Of a stretch of 64,000 nt of DNA, positions 1 through 16,752 are shown piece after piece. This DNA comes from the human T2T-CHM13v2.0 reference genome, Homo sapiens. A program made the position numbers and the translations under genes. The stretch lies in assembly GCF_009914755.1 (NCBI RefSeq), contig NC_060925.1. One strand, 5' to 3'. Below the pieces are notes generated by a model, which was not told the DNA's origin, did not search any database, and was given only the letters and a program-made list of their open reading frames with translations. How positions within the stretch are numbered: the stretch's first letter is position 1; each line of letters starts with the position of its first letter.

Positions 1-2896
1 TTGGCCTGAACCTACTGTGTGGTTCACCCAGGGACTTCACCCTACTTTACTACTGTGTGGTTCCCTGGAGACTGGGGGCTTAATCCGTCTCTGATATCTC
101 CTTGATTGAATAGAATTTATAATTGGCCAACAATTTAACAAACGAATGCATTGTTTAAAGAATTATTTAAAGTTTTAAAAAATGTTTGATTCAGCCATCT
201 TAGATCTATATTTTATGCTGATATGGACTTAAACATGTTGTTTTTATTATAATGCTTTGAAATTTGCATAAGAGCTACACATATTCTTTTATATGTATGA
301 ATTATTATGTAATAAAACATAAAAAGAACATGAGGCTTTGGTCCTTTTGTAGGCTTGGAATATTTTTAATATTACGCTAGGACTAAACCAGAGTTAGTCA
401 TCTCAGCCTTTATACCTACATATAAAGAGTTTGTTTCTGTGCCGTGTGATAGGGCAGCATCAGCCCATAGTCTTTTTTTTTTTTTTTTTTTCCTTAAGCA
501 AATCCATTCTTCAGGATCTCTCTCTGCAGAAGTTAAATCTCTTGAGTTGTGGAAATGGAATTTATGGTGCAGCTATAGGAGGCAGCCCCTGGTTGGTATT
601 CCTGTAGAACAGGCAAGTTGCACACCACCTGTGAGAAGGTTCTTGTAAAAATATGTTAAATTTCTTTGAGAAGATCCAGGGCTCACTGCTATAGTTTGGC
701 AGGAACCTGGTCTTTGGGAGAACTCAGAATTGGTGAGAATTCAGGACAGCAAAATTGTCTCTTTTAGGATTTGATATAGTGAGAGAATTGCAAAGGAAGT
801 TTCTACTGTATTTGGGTGTTTTAGGCTTACTGCTTTGAACTTAGGTTAATATTCCCTCCTCTTTTCCCTGTCAGTATAAAAATATGAAATAATTACTGTT
901 TTATGCCACTTTATTTCTGTCCTCGAAGGAAGCAATCAATAATTAAAAGCATGCTTTGTCTTCCTGGAGTCATGAATAATTAAATTGACTCCCCCCATCC
1001 ACACACATCTTTTTTTGGACCTCAGATGTAGTTGAGGTAATCATACTTCTGAGTTCAAGGCATGCTTTTATCTGGTATATGCAAGGCAAATTTGATTTTT
1101 CAGAATGTTCCCTCTCATTTCCTGCTCTTCTCACAGACAGCTCCTCTATGGGTTTGGTTACGTATCTTTGAATACATGTGTATGTGTGTCCTGATGATCA
1201 CTAGGGAACTAGACACACCTAGAACAAGGCACCCTGATTTTACTTGGCAGATTCAGACCTTGAGCTCTCTTCTGATCCTCCTGCTCACTCAGCGTTTTTC
1301 TGTGGCTGTGTCAGGGCAGGGGCCCCTGCACTGGCCCCTTCCTCCTGATGAGTGGCCTGTTCTGACACTTGAGGGAGGCAGGGCATTTTGAGGTCTCCTT
1401 TGCCTCTCAGGAACTTGCATTATTAGCCCACCCACATCCCCAACCTTCACTTCTTTGGATTTCTAGGAAATCTGCAGTAGTTTAGGGGTGCAGTCCTTTG
1501 GCAGGGAATTAACTGAAGTACCTGCCTTTTCAGGGGTTGAACCCATGACCTTGGCCTCATTAGAGCTCTAACCAGTCACAAAGCACACACCTCACTTTGT
1601 GTAACTTCTGCTGACTTGTTCCTGCCACCCTCCGCGGCTTCCTATTCAATTGCAAAGGCGTTCACACCAACACAATAGAACAGAAGGAAATCAGATCTCT
1701 TCAAGACTTCTCTGAAGGACAGAAATATGCAATTTAGCAGGAAAATAATACAAAAAAGTCTTGAAGGTTCAGGAAACAACTTATCTTTCTAGTCCGTACA
1801 TTCGCTGAGAATCCAGCTGTGTCTCTCAGATTCTTTTTCAATCAAAAATTTAAAAATAGCGTGGAACTCCTTGTGTTAATTTATTAACATAAAATCTAGC
1901 GACTCTTGTACATGAAGTGGAAGGTTTCGGATGACTAAGTGGAAATATTGTATGTATGTTATTAAAATGGATTGGGTTAGCTTTTATAGAAAAAGTGGAT
2001 CTGAGAATTCATAAGTGCTTATCTTTGGCAAGTTTATAGTCCCTAGAGATAAAAATGAATGCGTGCTATAATAACAAAGACACAGTTGTGTCTTAGTGAG
2101 TGCACTGTGATGCTCAGGGTGTGTTGGTGCCCAGGGGACGCGGAGTCACCATGGAGGAGAGGAGAAACAAGGACAACTCCCTAGAGAAGTGAAATTCACA
2201 CAGGGCTTGAAGACCTGAATGTATCTTGGGGGAGGGACGTGGTAAGATAATCTGGCTGTCCAAAAAGATACAGGTTTTTATTAGAGCCAAATAAAAATCT
2301 CAAGGATTTTATGTCTTGGCACTTGGAAGGAGTTATGTTGAAATCTGTGTTCTGTTTAATCTGAGTACCAAGAAAGACTCTTCAGGGATGTAGGTACTGG
2401 CTCATATTTTTGATGAGATGGGGATTTTTCTTACTCTGGTGATGTTTGGATAGGAAACATTTGCTCATTTGCCACCTGAAAAATCTCTTCTCTGTCAATT
2501 CCATGAATCCATGGTACAGTGACAGTTGCTGTTCACAGTGATAGCCTCATATGCTCTTAAAACCTCACCAATAAGACACATTTAATTATGAGCCAATAGT
2601 ATACTCCCTAAGGGTAGGAATTCTACTTTTTAACTCAATCAAAAACATTTGTATTTGTGGACACTTAGTGGGTTCTATAGTTCTGGAAAACAACTCCAAA
2701 GAAAAGGAACAAAAATCCCTACCACCACGGAGCTTATTTTCCAGCTTTTATTCATCTTTATTTTACCTCCAGTTCCTTGAACTTTGTAAGGCTTCAGCAG
2801 ATGCTGTATAAAAGGCAGGAAGATTTGTTCTTTTTCTTTCTTCTGGTCATCCAGGTATGTCATGAAGAACATTCTGTTAACCAGAATGTTTAACCA

Positions 2897-3262
2897 TGTT
2901 GGGACTCAGAAAATGATACCCCGAAGTTTGGCCCTTTGGCATACAGAGCACTTTCCACTGAAGGGGGTTGGAAGGGCCTCAGAAGCGAAGACTCTGTGAC
3001 CTACCCTGCCCCTCAGTCTATTACCATTATTAGCTCATACCCTTTTGTCCATTCTTCATTGAACCTCAGCATAAAAATAGGCAGTTTTCCTTGAGTTCTT
3101 GAGTTATTGGGCTCTCATTTTGAAGGCTCTTGTTTTACGTAAAAACTTTGACTAAATACATTTGTTATGTTTTTATCTTGCTAGTATGTCTTTTCTTCCA
3201 GGGGTGTTGGCCACGACCCTTATGATGGATGAGGAAAGACATCACATCTTTCCAGTCCTACA
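2897..3262 (+). mobile_element. Solo LTR, MER31-like (ERV1 group)
   Basis: tgttgggactcagaaaatgatacccc start, ctaca end, 4-bp flanks acca/acta. Confidence 0.75.
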
Positions 3263-3622
3263 ACTACAACACCCTGTCTCATGACTGACACAAACTAAGA
3301 GAGAGCTTCGATCAGATACTACTTAGGTCCAATGAATTGGCAACATCCCTATGTTGGTTAAAATAGCAGCAGCTCTGGGTAGATATATTTTAGAAGTTAA
3401 TGAAATATGGCCTACCCATACACCTGAGTAAATATTTTAAACAGCACTCTAAAAAAACCTTTAGGGTTTTTGTTTGTTTGTTTGTTTGTTTTTTAACTTT
3501 AAAACATTCAGGTTAACAAGGAAGTAGGGATTTAGGAACAATCTATTTATTTCATCCAATATTTAATTGATTTCTGCACATGTTCCAGCTTTACAAGGCA
3601 CTCAGCTACTAAATATTTTCTA

Positions 3623-3626
<4 letters not shown>

Positions 3627-3654
<28 letters not shown>
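3627..3654. repeat. (GA)n microsatellite
   Basis: Read directly. Confidence 0.95.
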
Positions 3655-3656
<2 letters not shown>

Positions 3657-4539
3657 CCCACCTCTCTTGATCTTCTCTGTCTGTGAATCTGAGGACGCCC
3701 CTGATAGAACTCCATGGTAGAGTCGGGGCTTCCTGATGGACACCCTCAGGCCAAGCCTCAGGAGCCATATCTGAGTCTAGCTTGCTCTGCTGTGTTATTT
3801 TCACTCTGGTCATCCTAAATTGTTTATAGTAATGAATGCACACATATACACACATGCACACACATATATGCACCTTGCTGATTCTCCTCTCTATGTCCCT
3901 CTTTGCCTGGCTCACTCCTTTGGTTCTGAGAAATCTGTCCTGATTTCTGCAGTCTGGATTAGTTCCCTTCGTCTTTGCTCCCACAGCACCTCATACAAAC
4001 TTCCTTTATCACACTTGCTCCTTGAATGCATGAACTAGGTCTTACTCATCTTTGTAACCCCAGCGTTTAGCAAGAAGACTAGCCTCTGTTACTGCAATAA
4101 ATATTTGCGAAATATATTAGTCTCATTTCTGCATCTTATCTTACTAGTGGCCCTTTGCATAGGCCTCATCACCTCTCTTAATATGCAACTGTTCATTCTT
4201 GGAAATGAATCCTTGTAAATACTCTCAGAACTCTTCATTGACTCCCTGCTTTCTTCAAGACAAGTTCCCTACTAAGTGCCCCTCCCATCGTATCCAGCAT
4301 TATCCCTCACTGCATTTTGACTTAGACTCCAAGTTCAATTTGGGTGGTCTTTGCAAAGCTGAAGAATGTCATTCTTCATTCTTCCTATTGTCTATTTGTC
4401 ATCTAGAGTACTTTTCTCTGTAATATTTCCTTCCTTATCCTCTGCCTCCTTCCTAGGTAAGGCCTTAGAGCCTTCAGTTTGTTTATACTCAAGAAAGATC
4501 CAGCTCAAATTGCATCTCTTTCCAAAGCTTTATCTTTTT

Positions 4540-4544
<5 letters not shown>

Positions 4545-4582
<38 letters not shown>
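4545..4582. repeat. (TG)19 microsatellite
   Basis: Read directly. Confidence 0.95.
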
Positions 4583-4881
<299 letters not shown>

Positions 4882-5201
4882 TAACTACTTCAGCCCACAC
4901 AGCTTTCATTTTATTTATCGACTTGTTTGTATTTATTTTACAATAATTTAATATTTACATTTTTTGAACATCCTACTATTCCAAGCATTGTGCTCTCACT
5001 GTGGAGTTTCAGAGATGAATAAGACAACATGCTCAGTAAGTGCTATTTCCCTAACTTCTGTATCTTCAAAGAGCTCAGTCCTAGGGGTAGCTTTCTGCTC
5101 TCAATTCCAGGTCGTGTGGGCCATTTGGATGCTGAATCATTTTGCCTGATATTTATATTTACCACTCTCATGTAGGCAGGGCAGATTTCCCCAAATAACT
5201 C

Positions 5202-5490
<289 letters not shown>

Positions 5491-5900
5491 ACTCATTTTT
5501 TTTTTTTTAACAAAAATATTATTTCCCAGTATGGCTGTAGCACAGTACTTTTGTACCTAGCAAATAACACTTTTGAATAGAAATTACTTAGCTATGATAG
5601 ATTAACATGTCTTCTTACTGCCTCATGTGCAAGGTTTTACAGTATTAAAAATGTTCTCCGTTCAGAGAAATACAAATGGAATCAATAAGGATTGAAAGAA
5701 AAATGTCTGCTAAATCTGTTCAAACGGTATCCGATCAGTTTAAGTTTTCAAGGTAAAGTCCACAATTCGGGGTAATTCGCCTAAACAAATTGGTAATTCA
5801 ATTTTTTATATTTTGTTTGCAGGAAAATAAAACTGAGGGGATGAGAGAATCTCAACTCTTAAAATTCTTCTGTAGGCAATTAAAAAGATAACATTTTCCA

Positions 5901-6203
5901 GGCCAGGCGCGGTGGCTTACGCCTGTATTCCCAGCACTTTGGGAGGCCAAGACGGGCGGATGGCTTGAGGACAGGAGTTCAAGCCCAGCCTGGCCAACAT
6001 GGTGAAACCCCGTCTCTACTAAAAATACAAAAATTAGCTGGGCGTGGTGGTTCATGTCTGTAATTAATCCCAGCTGCTTGGAGGCTGAGGCAGGAGAATC
6101 TCTTGAACCCGGGAGGCAGAGGTTGTAGTGATCCAAGATTGTGCCACCGCACTCCAGCCTAGGTGACAGAGCAAGACCCTCTCTCAAACAAACAAACAAA
6201 AAA
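5901..6203 (+). mobile_element. AluS
   Basis: ggccaggcgcggtggc start; (CAAA)n tail; TSD acattttcc. Confidence 0.95.
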
Positions 6204-8094
6204 CACACATTTTCCTGTAAGTAAGATTCAGAACAGTTCTGTCTGGACAGGTAGTTAACACATGTTTTGCTGCAGCAGACCTGACCATGTTCTGGGAACT
6301 CACAATTAGCATTAGACTATAAAGGAATTTTTACCATGGTTTATTTCTGTTTTACGGACAGAACGTTGAAGTGAGGAATACTGTTAGGAGTATTTTAAGT
6401 TTTCAAGTAGTTAAATTTATATTACTTTGGTTTTGTCATTTTCTTTGATTTTTAATCACGTGAGTTTTATGCAACAGCAAGCATAGGGGAATCTAATAAT
6501 ATTGGTATTCATTACAAAGTACTAATAGTAACATCTGTCATTTAACTGGAAGAAGCGGTGGATATTATTTTATTGTCAGTTCCTTTATGAGAGAACTGAG
6601 TTAGAAAGGCATTCGTTGTTTCTTTGCTTTTGACTTTTCAATCAGAGGGCATTAGAGAAGTAAAGATAAAAGTAGCAAGGAAGTGTTACTCTGACCTTGC
6701 ACAAAAGTTAAGACAGAGCATTTCCAGAGGAAAACATGAGATTTTAAAAGTGTGTACATTCATTCTTTGGACGAGCTTTAACTGTTAGAGATTGTGCAGG
6801 GCCTACAAGAGGAGCTTCGGATATAGGTGTTGTCCAGGGGCTGAAAAGGAAATGTAATGTTCACTGTTTCACAGGCTAAATATTTCTCTCCTATATTCAT
6901 AAGCTTCATGAATTTTTTTTTGCTTTCTAAGGCAAAGGTAAATTTTGTCTGGGCCAGAGCCTGCATGAAAACAAATCTGTGTTATTTTATAACTAGGTCA
7001 GCCATTACTCTGACCACCAAGCCCAGCTTCCTCCTTGTAAATTACAGCTCCGGTTCCAATAGTTGGGAAAACCTATTAGTTGCTACCTTACTGCCCTAAA
7101 TATTTCCTGCCTCCCCAAGAGGATGCGGGCTCTAACTTTTAACAAGCCTCAGAACAAAGCCTGGTGCTGAGCGAAGGTTCAGCACAGCCCTGGGAAGAAG
7201 CCCCCCGCTGCACGTGGGTCCCGTTCACTGTTACATTGTGGATTAAAGTGATGTATGGAGCACCTTTCAGTATTACAGAAAAACCTGTAGCCTGAGTATT
7301 ATCCTTGTCCCCTGACCAGGGTTATAATAGGGTTCTGCCACAATTCCTCCAATTTTTATTTCTCTTAAACAAGATTGGAGGCCTTGCTAGTATAACCACC
7401 CTCGCTGGGTGGGAGGCTAACTTTGTTTCTGATTGTCTTATTTCAACCTATGGTGAAGTTATATTGCACTGCTGGGGCTTTTTTCCCATTCTCTTTTTCA
7501 TTTGGCTGGGGCTGCCTCTGTTCAACAGAGCATACTTGTCACTTCTTCTGTCACCATTAGTTAAAAGTAATTGTTATTGCAAACCCCCTCTATGCCAGTA
7601 TCATTTTCTTTCATGGTGAAACCCACTAAGCATTCATTTCAGTAGCAGAAAGTAGGGAGCTTACAGAATCAAATCCTTTTTATCTAGACCAACAGCACCT
7701 GCGGCAACGCATTAACTAGCAGGAGTTGTTAATTACATTTCTAACTTGTTGATCTTCATGGTTTCCGATTTTTAAAAGCAAGGAAATTAATCACTGTGTG
7801 TGTCTCCTCCAGTAGGAAATGACAGGAGCGTGTCTTCTAAGTTCTGTTCCAGTCAGTAATAATCAAATACTTGCATTTTCCTGTAACATTTCTTTTCTTC
7901 CTTTGTGGATAGAACTATTTCTTAAGTTCAAAGAGCCCTTCTGTTCACAGTAGGGTAGATATTTGCCCATAAAACAAAGGCTTTAGAAACATAGATCCTC
8001 TAGCTATGAGTCTGAGTGAGACTGTGCTGATGGTATTTCAACAGTTGACATCACTTTAAAAAAAAAGCACAAAGACTAATTAAAAGTGTAGTAG

Positions 8095-8270
8095 TACCCA
8101 GCATTTATTGAACGTTTACAGTGTTCTAAGCAATATATTAAATGTTTTGCTTGCATTTTCTCATTTAACTTTCATAGCAAACCTATGAGGTGGAAACGAT
8201 ATCTTTATTTGACAGTGAAGGAAACTGAGGTTCAGAAAGGACTAGTAACTTGCCCAAGATCACATAGTAC
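8095..8270 (-). mobile_element. MIR
   Basis: gaaggaaactgaggttcagaaagg..agtaacttgcccaagatcaca core. Confidence 0.8.
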
Positions 8271-8629
8271 ATCAAGTACCAGAAAGAAAAAAGGATTTGA
8301 GAGAGGGAAGTGGGAAGAGTAACTCATCATATTCATCCTAAATTGTGAGACAGGAATCAAGAAGCAGCAGAACGAAAGCTGAGGTTTTCTTTCTTAAAAC
8401 TTGCACCTGCTTCTAGGATACTTGATCTTAGGTTAGAAAAAGACAGGGTCAGCTACTTTATTCTTATGTAAATGTTCATCATCAAGGTAGTTAAACAACC
8501 TGATCCATCCTGTGATTCATTCTTAAGAATCTCAGAAAAATCTAAACAATCTGCCTTGCAGAGTGCTTCAACTGTATACAGCAATTTCCACACGAAAAAG
8601 CCACTCCACCCAAATGTGTTACCATAGGC

Positions 8630-8765
8630 CTGTGGCTCCGCATTCTAGAAGCACACTGGAATCTCCTGGGAGCTTTCTAAAAGTCCTAGTGCCTGGGCCC
8701 AACACATACCAATTGAATGAGAACTGATGATCCCTGCCCCAGACAACCAAGGTTGAGAACCACTG
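8630..8765. mobile_element. MER5A-like hAT fragment
   Basis: gaatctcctgggagctt...gcctgggccc...aggttgagaaccactg. Confidence 0.65.
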
Positions 8766-10198
8766 TGAGAGGTTATTAGTGATTCACTCTACACTTCTTT
8801 TCGCTCCATTCCTTTGGGGTTATTTCAGGTTTTTTTTTTTTTAAGGAAATTTTGTTTTCTTTATTTTGCTCAGTCTTTTCCCAGACTTCCTGAACAATTC
8901 AGATCAGATTACATTGCAAATGAAAAATTTACGACTGTGTCTTTTGTAGGAACGGAGTTTGTTCCAAATGCTTTGTATAGTCCTACAGCGAAAATGGATA
9001 GCCCATATGAAGTTTCTCTCTGGCTGTAACTCCTCAGTCAGCAATAGTCGAACACTCATAGGATCTCTCTCCTCTCTCAAGCACATATACTGCACATACA
9101 CAGTGCAGGTACCAGCTCAGCAAGTTTTAGTTTGAATTTCAGCCATGAGACTTATGAAGAGTTTAAATCTCTCGCTAGCTCTGGAAAGAACTGCAGCACA
9201 TATCTGAATAATTTAAACAGGGCTTCATCCCCGCCTCCACCCCACCACCTCATCTAGAATTGCTTAAACCAAAATAGATCAAAGGCGATTCTTATGTTAT
9301 TCACTATCAGTAACAGTAGCTATCAAAAACTGTTAGCTTTTCTTCTCTGCTCTGAAGGCAAGCTGGCCCAAGAAGACCTATGTTAAGAAAATTCACACTG
9401 CTGAAAGAAATTAGAGATGACACAAACAAATGGAAAAACATTCCATTCTCATGGATTGGAAGAACCAATATTGTTAATATGTCCATACTGCCCAAAGCAA
9501 TCTACAGATTTCAACACTATTCCTACCAAACTACCAAAGTCATTTTTCACAGAATAAGAAAAAAACTTTTCTAAAATTCATGTGGAACCAAAAGAGACCC
9601 CAAATAGCCAAAGCAATCCTAAGCAAAAAGAAGAAAGCCAGAGGCATCACATTACCCAACTTCAAATAATACTGTAAGGCTATGGTAACCAAAACAGCAT
9701 GGTATGGTTACAAAACAGAGACATAGACCAGCAGAACGGAATAGAGAACCCAGAAGTAAAGCTGCACACCTACAGTCATCTAATCTTTGACAAAGTCAAC
9801 AGAAATAAGCAATGGGGAAAGGACTCCCTATTCAATAAATGGTGCTGGGATGACTGGCTAGCCATATGCAGAAGAATGAAACTGGACCCTTACATTTTAC
9901 CTTATACAAAAATTAACTCAAGATGGATTAAATATTTAAATGTAAGACCTCAAACTGTAAAAATCCTAGAACACCTAGGAAATACCATTCTGGACATTGG
10001 CCTTGGCAAAGGACTATGACTAAGTCTTCAAAAGCAGTTGAAACAATACTTGAAAGTGGGACCTAATTAAGCTAAAGAGCTTCTGCACAGCAAAAGAAAC
10101 TATCAACAGAGCAAACAGACACCCTACAGAGTAGAAGAAAATATTCACAAACTGTGCATCTGACAAAGGTCTAATATCCAGAACCTGTGAAGAAGTTA

Positions 10199-10690
<492 letters not shown>

Positions 10691-11049
10691 TAACAGATGC
10701 TGGTGAGGCTGTGGAGAAAAAGGAACGCTTATACACTGTTGGTGGGAATATAAATTAGTTCAGCCACTGTAGAAAGCAGTTTGGAGATTTCTCAAAGGAC
10801 TTAAAACAGAACTACCATTCGACCCAGCAATCCCTTTACTGGGTATATACCCAAAGGAAAATAAATTGTTCTACTGAAAAGACACATGCACTCAAATGTT
10901 CATTGCAACACTGTTCACTCTAGCAAAGACACAGAATCAACCTATGTGCCCATCAACAGTGAACTGGATAAAGAAAACATTATATATATACCATAGAATA
11001 CTATGCAGTCATAAAAAAGAATGAAATTATGTCTTTTGCAGCAACATAG

Positions 11050-11410
<361 letters not shown>

Positions 11411-12367
11411 ATGTTCTCACTTTGAAGTGGGAGCTAAACATTGGGTATTCATGGATGTAAAGATGGCAACATCAGACCCTGGGATTACTAGGAAGGAGAG
11501 AGGGGAGGGAGCAAGGGCTGAAAAACTATGTATTGGGCACTATGCTCACTACCTGGGTGATGGTATCATTTATATTCCAAACCTTAGCATCATGCAAAAT
11601 CCCTATGCAGCAAACCTGAATCTAAAATAAAAGTTGAAATTATTATTTTAAAAGAAAATTTACATATAACCAGGTATTTGGTTCACTGAGCATACATGTA
11701 GTAAAATCTTCCCTAGAGCCAGGCAAAGCTTTTCAGTTTTTAGTGAGGAGTGCGGTGTTCTCTCACCAGGTTCCTAGAGCACATGATCCAGCTTGGACTC
11801 TCCCAGGATCTGTTGGAGAAACATGTAGGCTCACGATACTGAATGAGAGGAGGGACCTTCTATGTACACAATAAATACATCAATCCTTGTTTTCTTACAA
11901 TCTGTTTCAAGTGAAATGGGTTCCTGGAGCACAATGGGTTGAGAGACGCTCTTCTGTGCGGATGTTCCCTCCCCATATCTCATTTTGAAAAATGATCCTG
12001 GATCCCCTCCCCATTGCATCTTTAAAGCAAAGTGACATTAATGGGATACCACTGGAGCCGGGGCATTATGCAGACCAGAGTAAAGCATGCCTCTCCTATG
12101 CTTTGTTGTTACTATTAGCTTATCCACTCACGTAGAGAGACTATTTTTGCTGCGTGGAGTCTACCCTCCTGAACCATTGTCACAGCACTCAAGGAAGGAT
12201 GCTTCGGCGTGATGGAAACAAAATGTGTGAATTCCAATTCTGCCACCTAGTTGCAGAATGACCATGTTAGATTAGTTGTTCCATGTCTAAGATCCTCATT
12301 ATCTTCATTTGAAAAATAGGAATAATAATAGCTTCTTCTTAGACCTGATGAGATTACTAAAATAGAT

Positions 12368-14064
<1,697 letters not shown>

Positions 14065-15777
14065 AGATAGGTAGTAGAAATGACATATCATATTGCCAAG
14101 ACTGAAAAGTTAGCCTTTACTTCCTGCTCTTTATTATTTGTGGTTGTGGACTTGGTGACGAGCTGGTTCAAATGAAGGCCAGCCTTTGGTAGAGGTATTA
14201 TTTTGATGAACTCTCACTAGAGTTCTTTCTTAGTTCCCTAGAGCCTAGTTGCCTACTTTCTCCTTGGGATGTTACGTGGAGACTGCAAACAAGTGTTGGT
14301 TTCAGGTTAACTTTACTACTGGTTTCTGTGCAAGAAAACCTGTATTAATCCTTGCTTTTTTTGTATGTTGTGGAGCTAATAAATGTCTTTTTAACCATGA
14401 TAATTTTCTAATCTCTTACATCAGGGGGTCTTAACGCTGGTGTCAGAGGCTCTTTGCTGGTCCTACATATGGGCTTTTAGGTGGCCCCTGAGCCTTTAAT
14501 TTTTTTTGTTGTTGTTCAGCATTTAACAGCTCAGCAAAGCCCTTGAAATTTTACAGACTTCTTTTGTTTCATTAGGGTTGGGGGAGAAGGTGGGTTATTA
14601 GAGTAAGTTAAAAGCTTCAGCCAAACTCTCAGAGGTCTCTAACCTGCCCCCCATAAAAACAAATATTAAAGATGACTTTTTGGATAGACATTTTTAAAGG
14701 GTAGCATCTCCCACCGTTACCTATTTCCTGACACACCTCTCTGTGGAAAGAAGTTTGCAAGCTTCCTCCCTGGCTCTGCTGTCTTTGCTTTTCCTCCCCT
14801 GGGCATTTCTGCACAGTGCACATCACGCAGCGCTTGCTGACGAGTCACTTCACCGTGATTTTTTAGTGCATTTCCCGAGAGAGCAAGGGTCTGTCCATCT
14901 TGTTTCTTCTATATTCCAAAATGCAAAGTCAGAGTTCAGTCCCTTCAGATATACCCTAGGGGATAGGGGGAGTATTTTAGGCCAGAGAATACATCAGCTA
15001 AATTAGCGGGTTCCTTTTTGAACTATTGAGGTCTGCAAACTTGGAATATTTATTTATGCCTCAACCCCAAGACGCGTTTTTCTCCCACATTCTTCAGTCT
15101 GCTTCTTGGAATCCAAGTGCTGTCATGAAAGCTGCAAGGCAGTCTGTTTAGTTCCAACAGCAGAATTTTTGGAAGACTTCCTTAATTCTGTAGGAGGAGT
15201 GTGGTGACTACCACTTGCTGACGAGAAGCCGCGGAGGATTCTGCAGCGTGACAATATGTATATCCGTATTATAAGATGTCAGCCCCCACCGCGCACGCCC
15301 CCGCCCCCGTCAGCTCTGCTGGGCTGCAGAGGAGGGGGGACGAGGTGGCACAGGGTGGCTCTGCGGCAGTGTAGCCGCTTCGTGCTGTCGGTATCTCCAC
15401 AAGTCCAGAAGCTGGCTTCACCGGGGTGGGCAAGAGTTCGACAGCAGGTTTTACCGATTGCGCTCTGACTTAGACAATGTAATTGTTCCCCACTTGGGAA
15501 AAAAGTAAAGAGTTTTGTAGTATGTGGCTTAATTCAGTGGCTTTTCAGCTTTTGAAAAAGCTTTGGTTCATCTCACACAATACACACGCGAGCACCTAAC
15601 AGTTGGGAAGCAACAATGTCCCTGTCCTTTATGGGAAGCAGGAAAAATAATATAACAATGAATAAGTTGAATCGACCCCATTATGAAGAGGCAGAAGAAT
15701 AGCTAAATAGTACACTGACAAAATGGGTATGTATAGCAATCAGATCCCATAATACAGTATTCAAGAATCTATTTCTT

Positions 15778-16084
15778 GGTGGGGGCACGGCGGCTCATGC
15801 CTATAATACCAGCACTTTGGGAGGCTGAGGCAGGTGGATGGCTTGAGCCCAGGAGTTGGGGATCAGCCTGGGCAACATGGTGAAACCCCTTCTCTACAAA
15901 AAATACAAAAATTAGCCAGGCATGGTGGCACATGCCCTATAGTCCCAGTTACTTGGGAGCTGATGTGGGAGAACGGCCTACGCCCGGGAAGTCGAAGCTG
16001 TAGTGAGCCAGAATCATGCCACTGCACTCCAGCCTGGGTGACAGAGTGAGACCCTATCTCAAAAAAAAAAAAAAAAAAAAAAAA
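15778..16084 (+). mobile_element. AluJ
   Basis: Alu consensus with poly(A) tail. Confidence 0.93.
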
Positions 16085-16688
16085 GCATCTATCTCCACTT
16101 GCTAGGTTGCACTTTTAAACTTAGCTTTCTGGACAACATTCGAATAGTCCTAGCATACTAAATTCCATCTTTGCATTTCTTGCAATTTCTAAATAATGAG
16201 AGTTGTCACTCACATGGGATTTTCACCAGAGTAGGTGCACCCCAACACTCCATCTTCATGGGGTCAAACCTTCAATGTGGTTTTATTTCTGTGCCTCTTT
16301 AGCAGATGAGAAAATCGGGACATAAGAACTTGAACTTGCCCTGAGCTACTGACCTGTACAGTAGTTCTGTGCAGATGATGTTCATAGCCTTGGTGTCTTT
16401 GGCCAGGTCACCAGTCAGTCAGAGCTGTTGTCCCTCATCTCTTTGGACAGTGCTCTTCATACTGGTGGGTTTGGTAAATGTGAGTGCATGCACTATTTGA
16501 CTCACTCACTCCTCAAGGGCTGAATCTGGTCAAACTCTTAAGGAACATGCACCTTCTCAGTGGGAGAGTAAGGTAAGGTGAACCTTGGCTCTGCTTTCCA
16601 ACCAAGTGGCTTTTGTTGTTGCATGATAAAATGTACAGCTTCACGTTTCTGTGTCTGTCACCACTACAGTGCCCTTTCTGTTTTTAAG

Positions 16689-16752
16689 GAAAGAAGGATT
16701 GTCCAAATGTGGAAGATGCAAGCAGGCATTTTACTGCAATGTGGAGTGTCAG
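16689..16752 (+). CDS. SMYD2: SMYD2 exon 2 (MYND zinc finger, KEGLSKCGRCKQAFYCNVECQ)
   Basis: tttttaag| acceptor and |gtaggt donor; translation has MYND CxxC...CxxxC spacing and matches SMYD2; 64 nt, phase fits exon 3. Confidence 0.97.

Noticed and set aside
3547-3984. 145-aa minus-strand ORF, longest in the track
   Set aside because: Runs through (GA)n and CA/TA-rich low-complexity sequence; no homology recognised
5852-6208. Many ORFs with [21 protein letters not shown] peptides (this one and others)
   Set aside because: Alu translations
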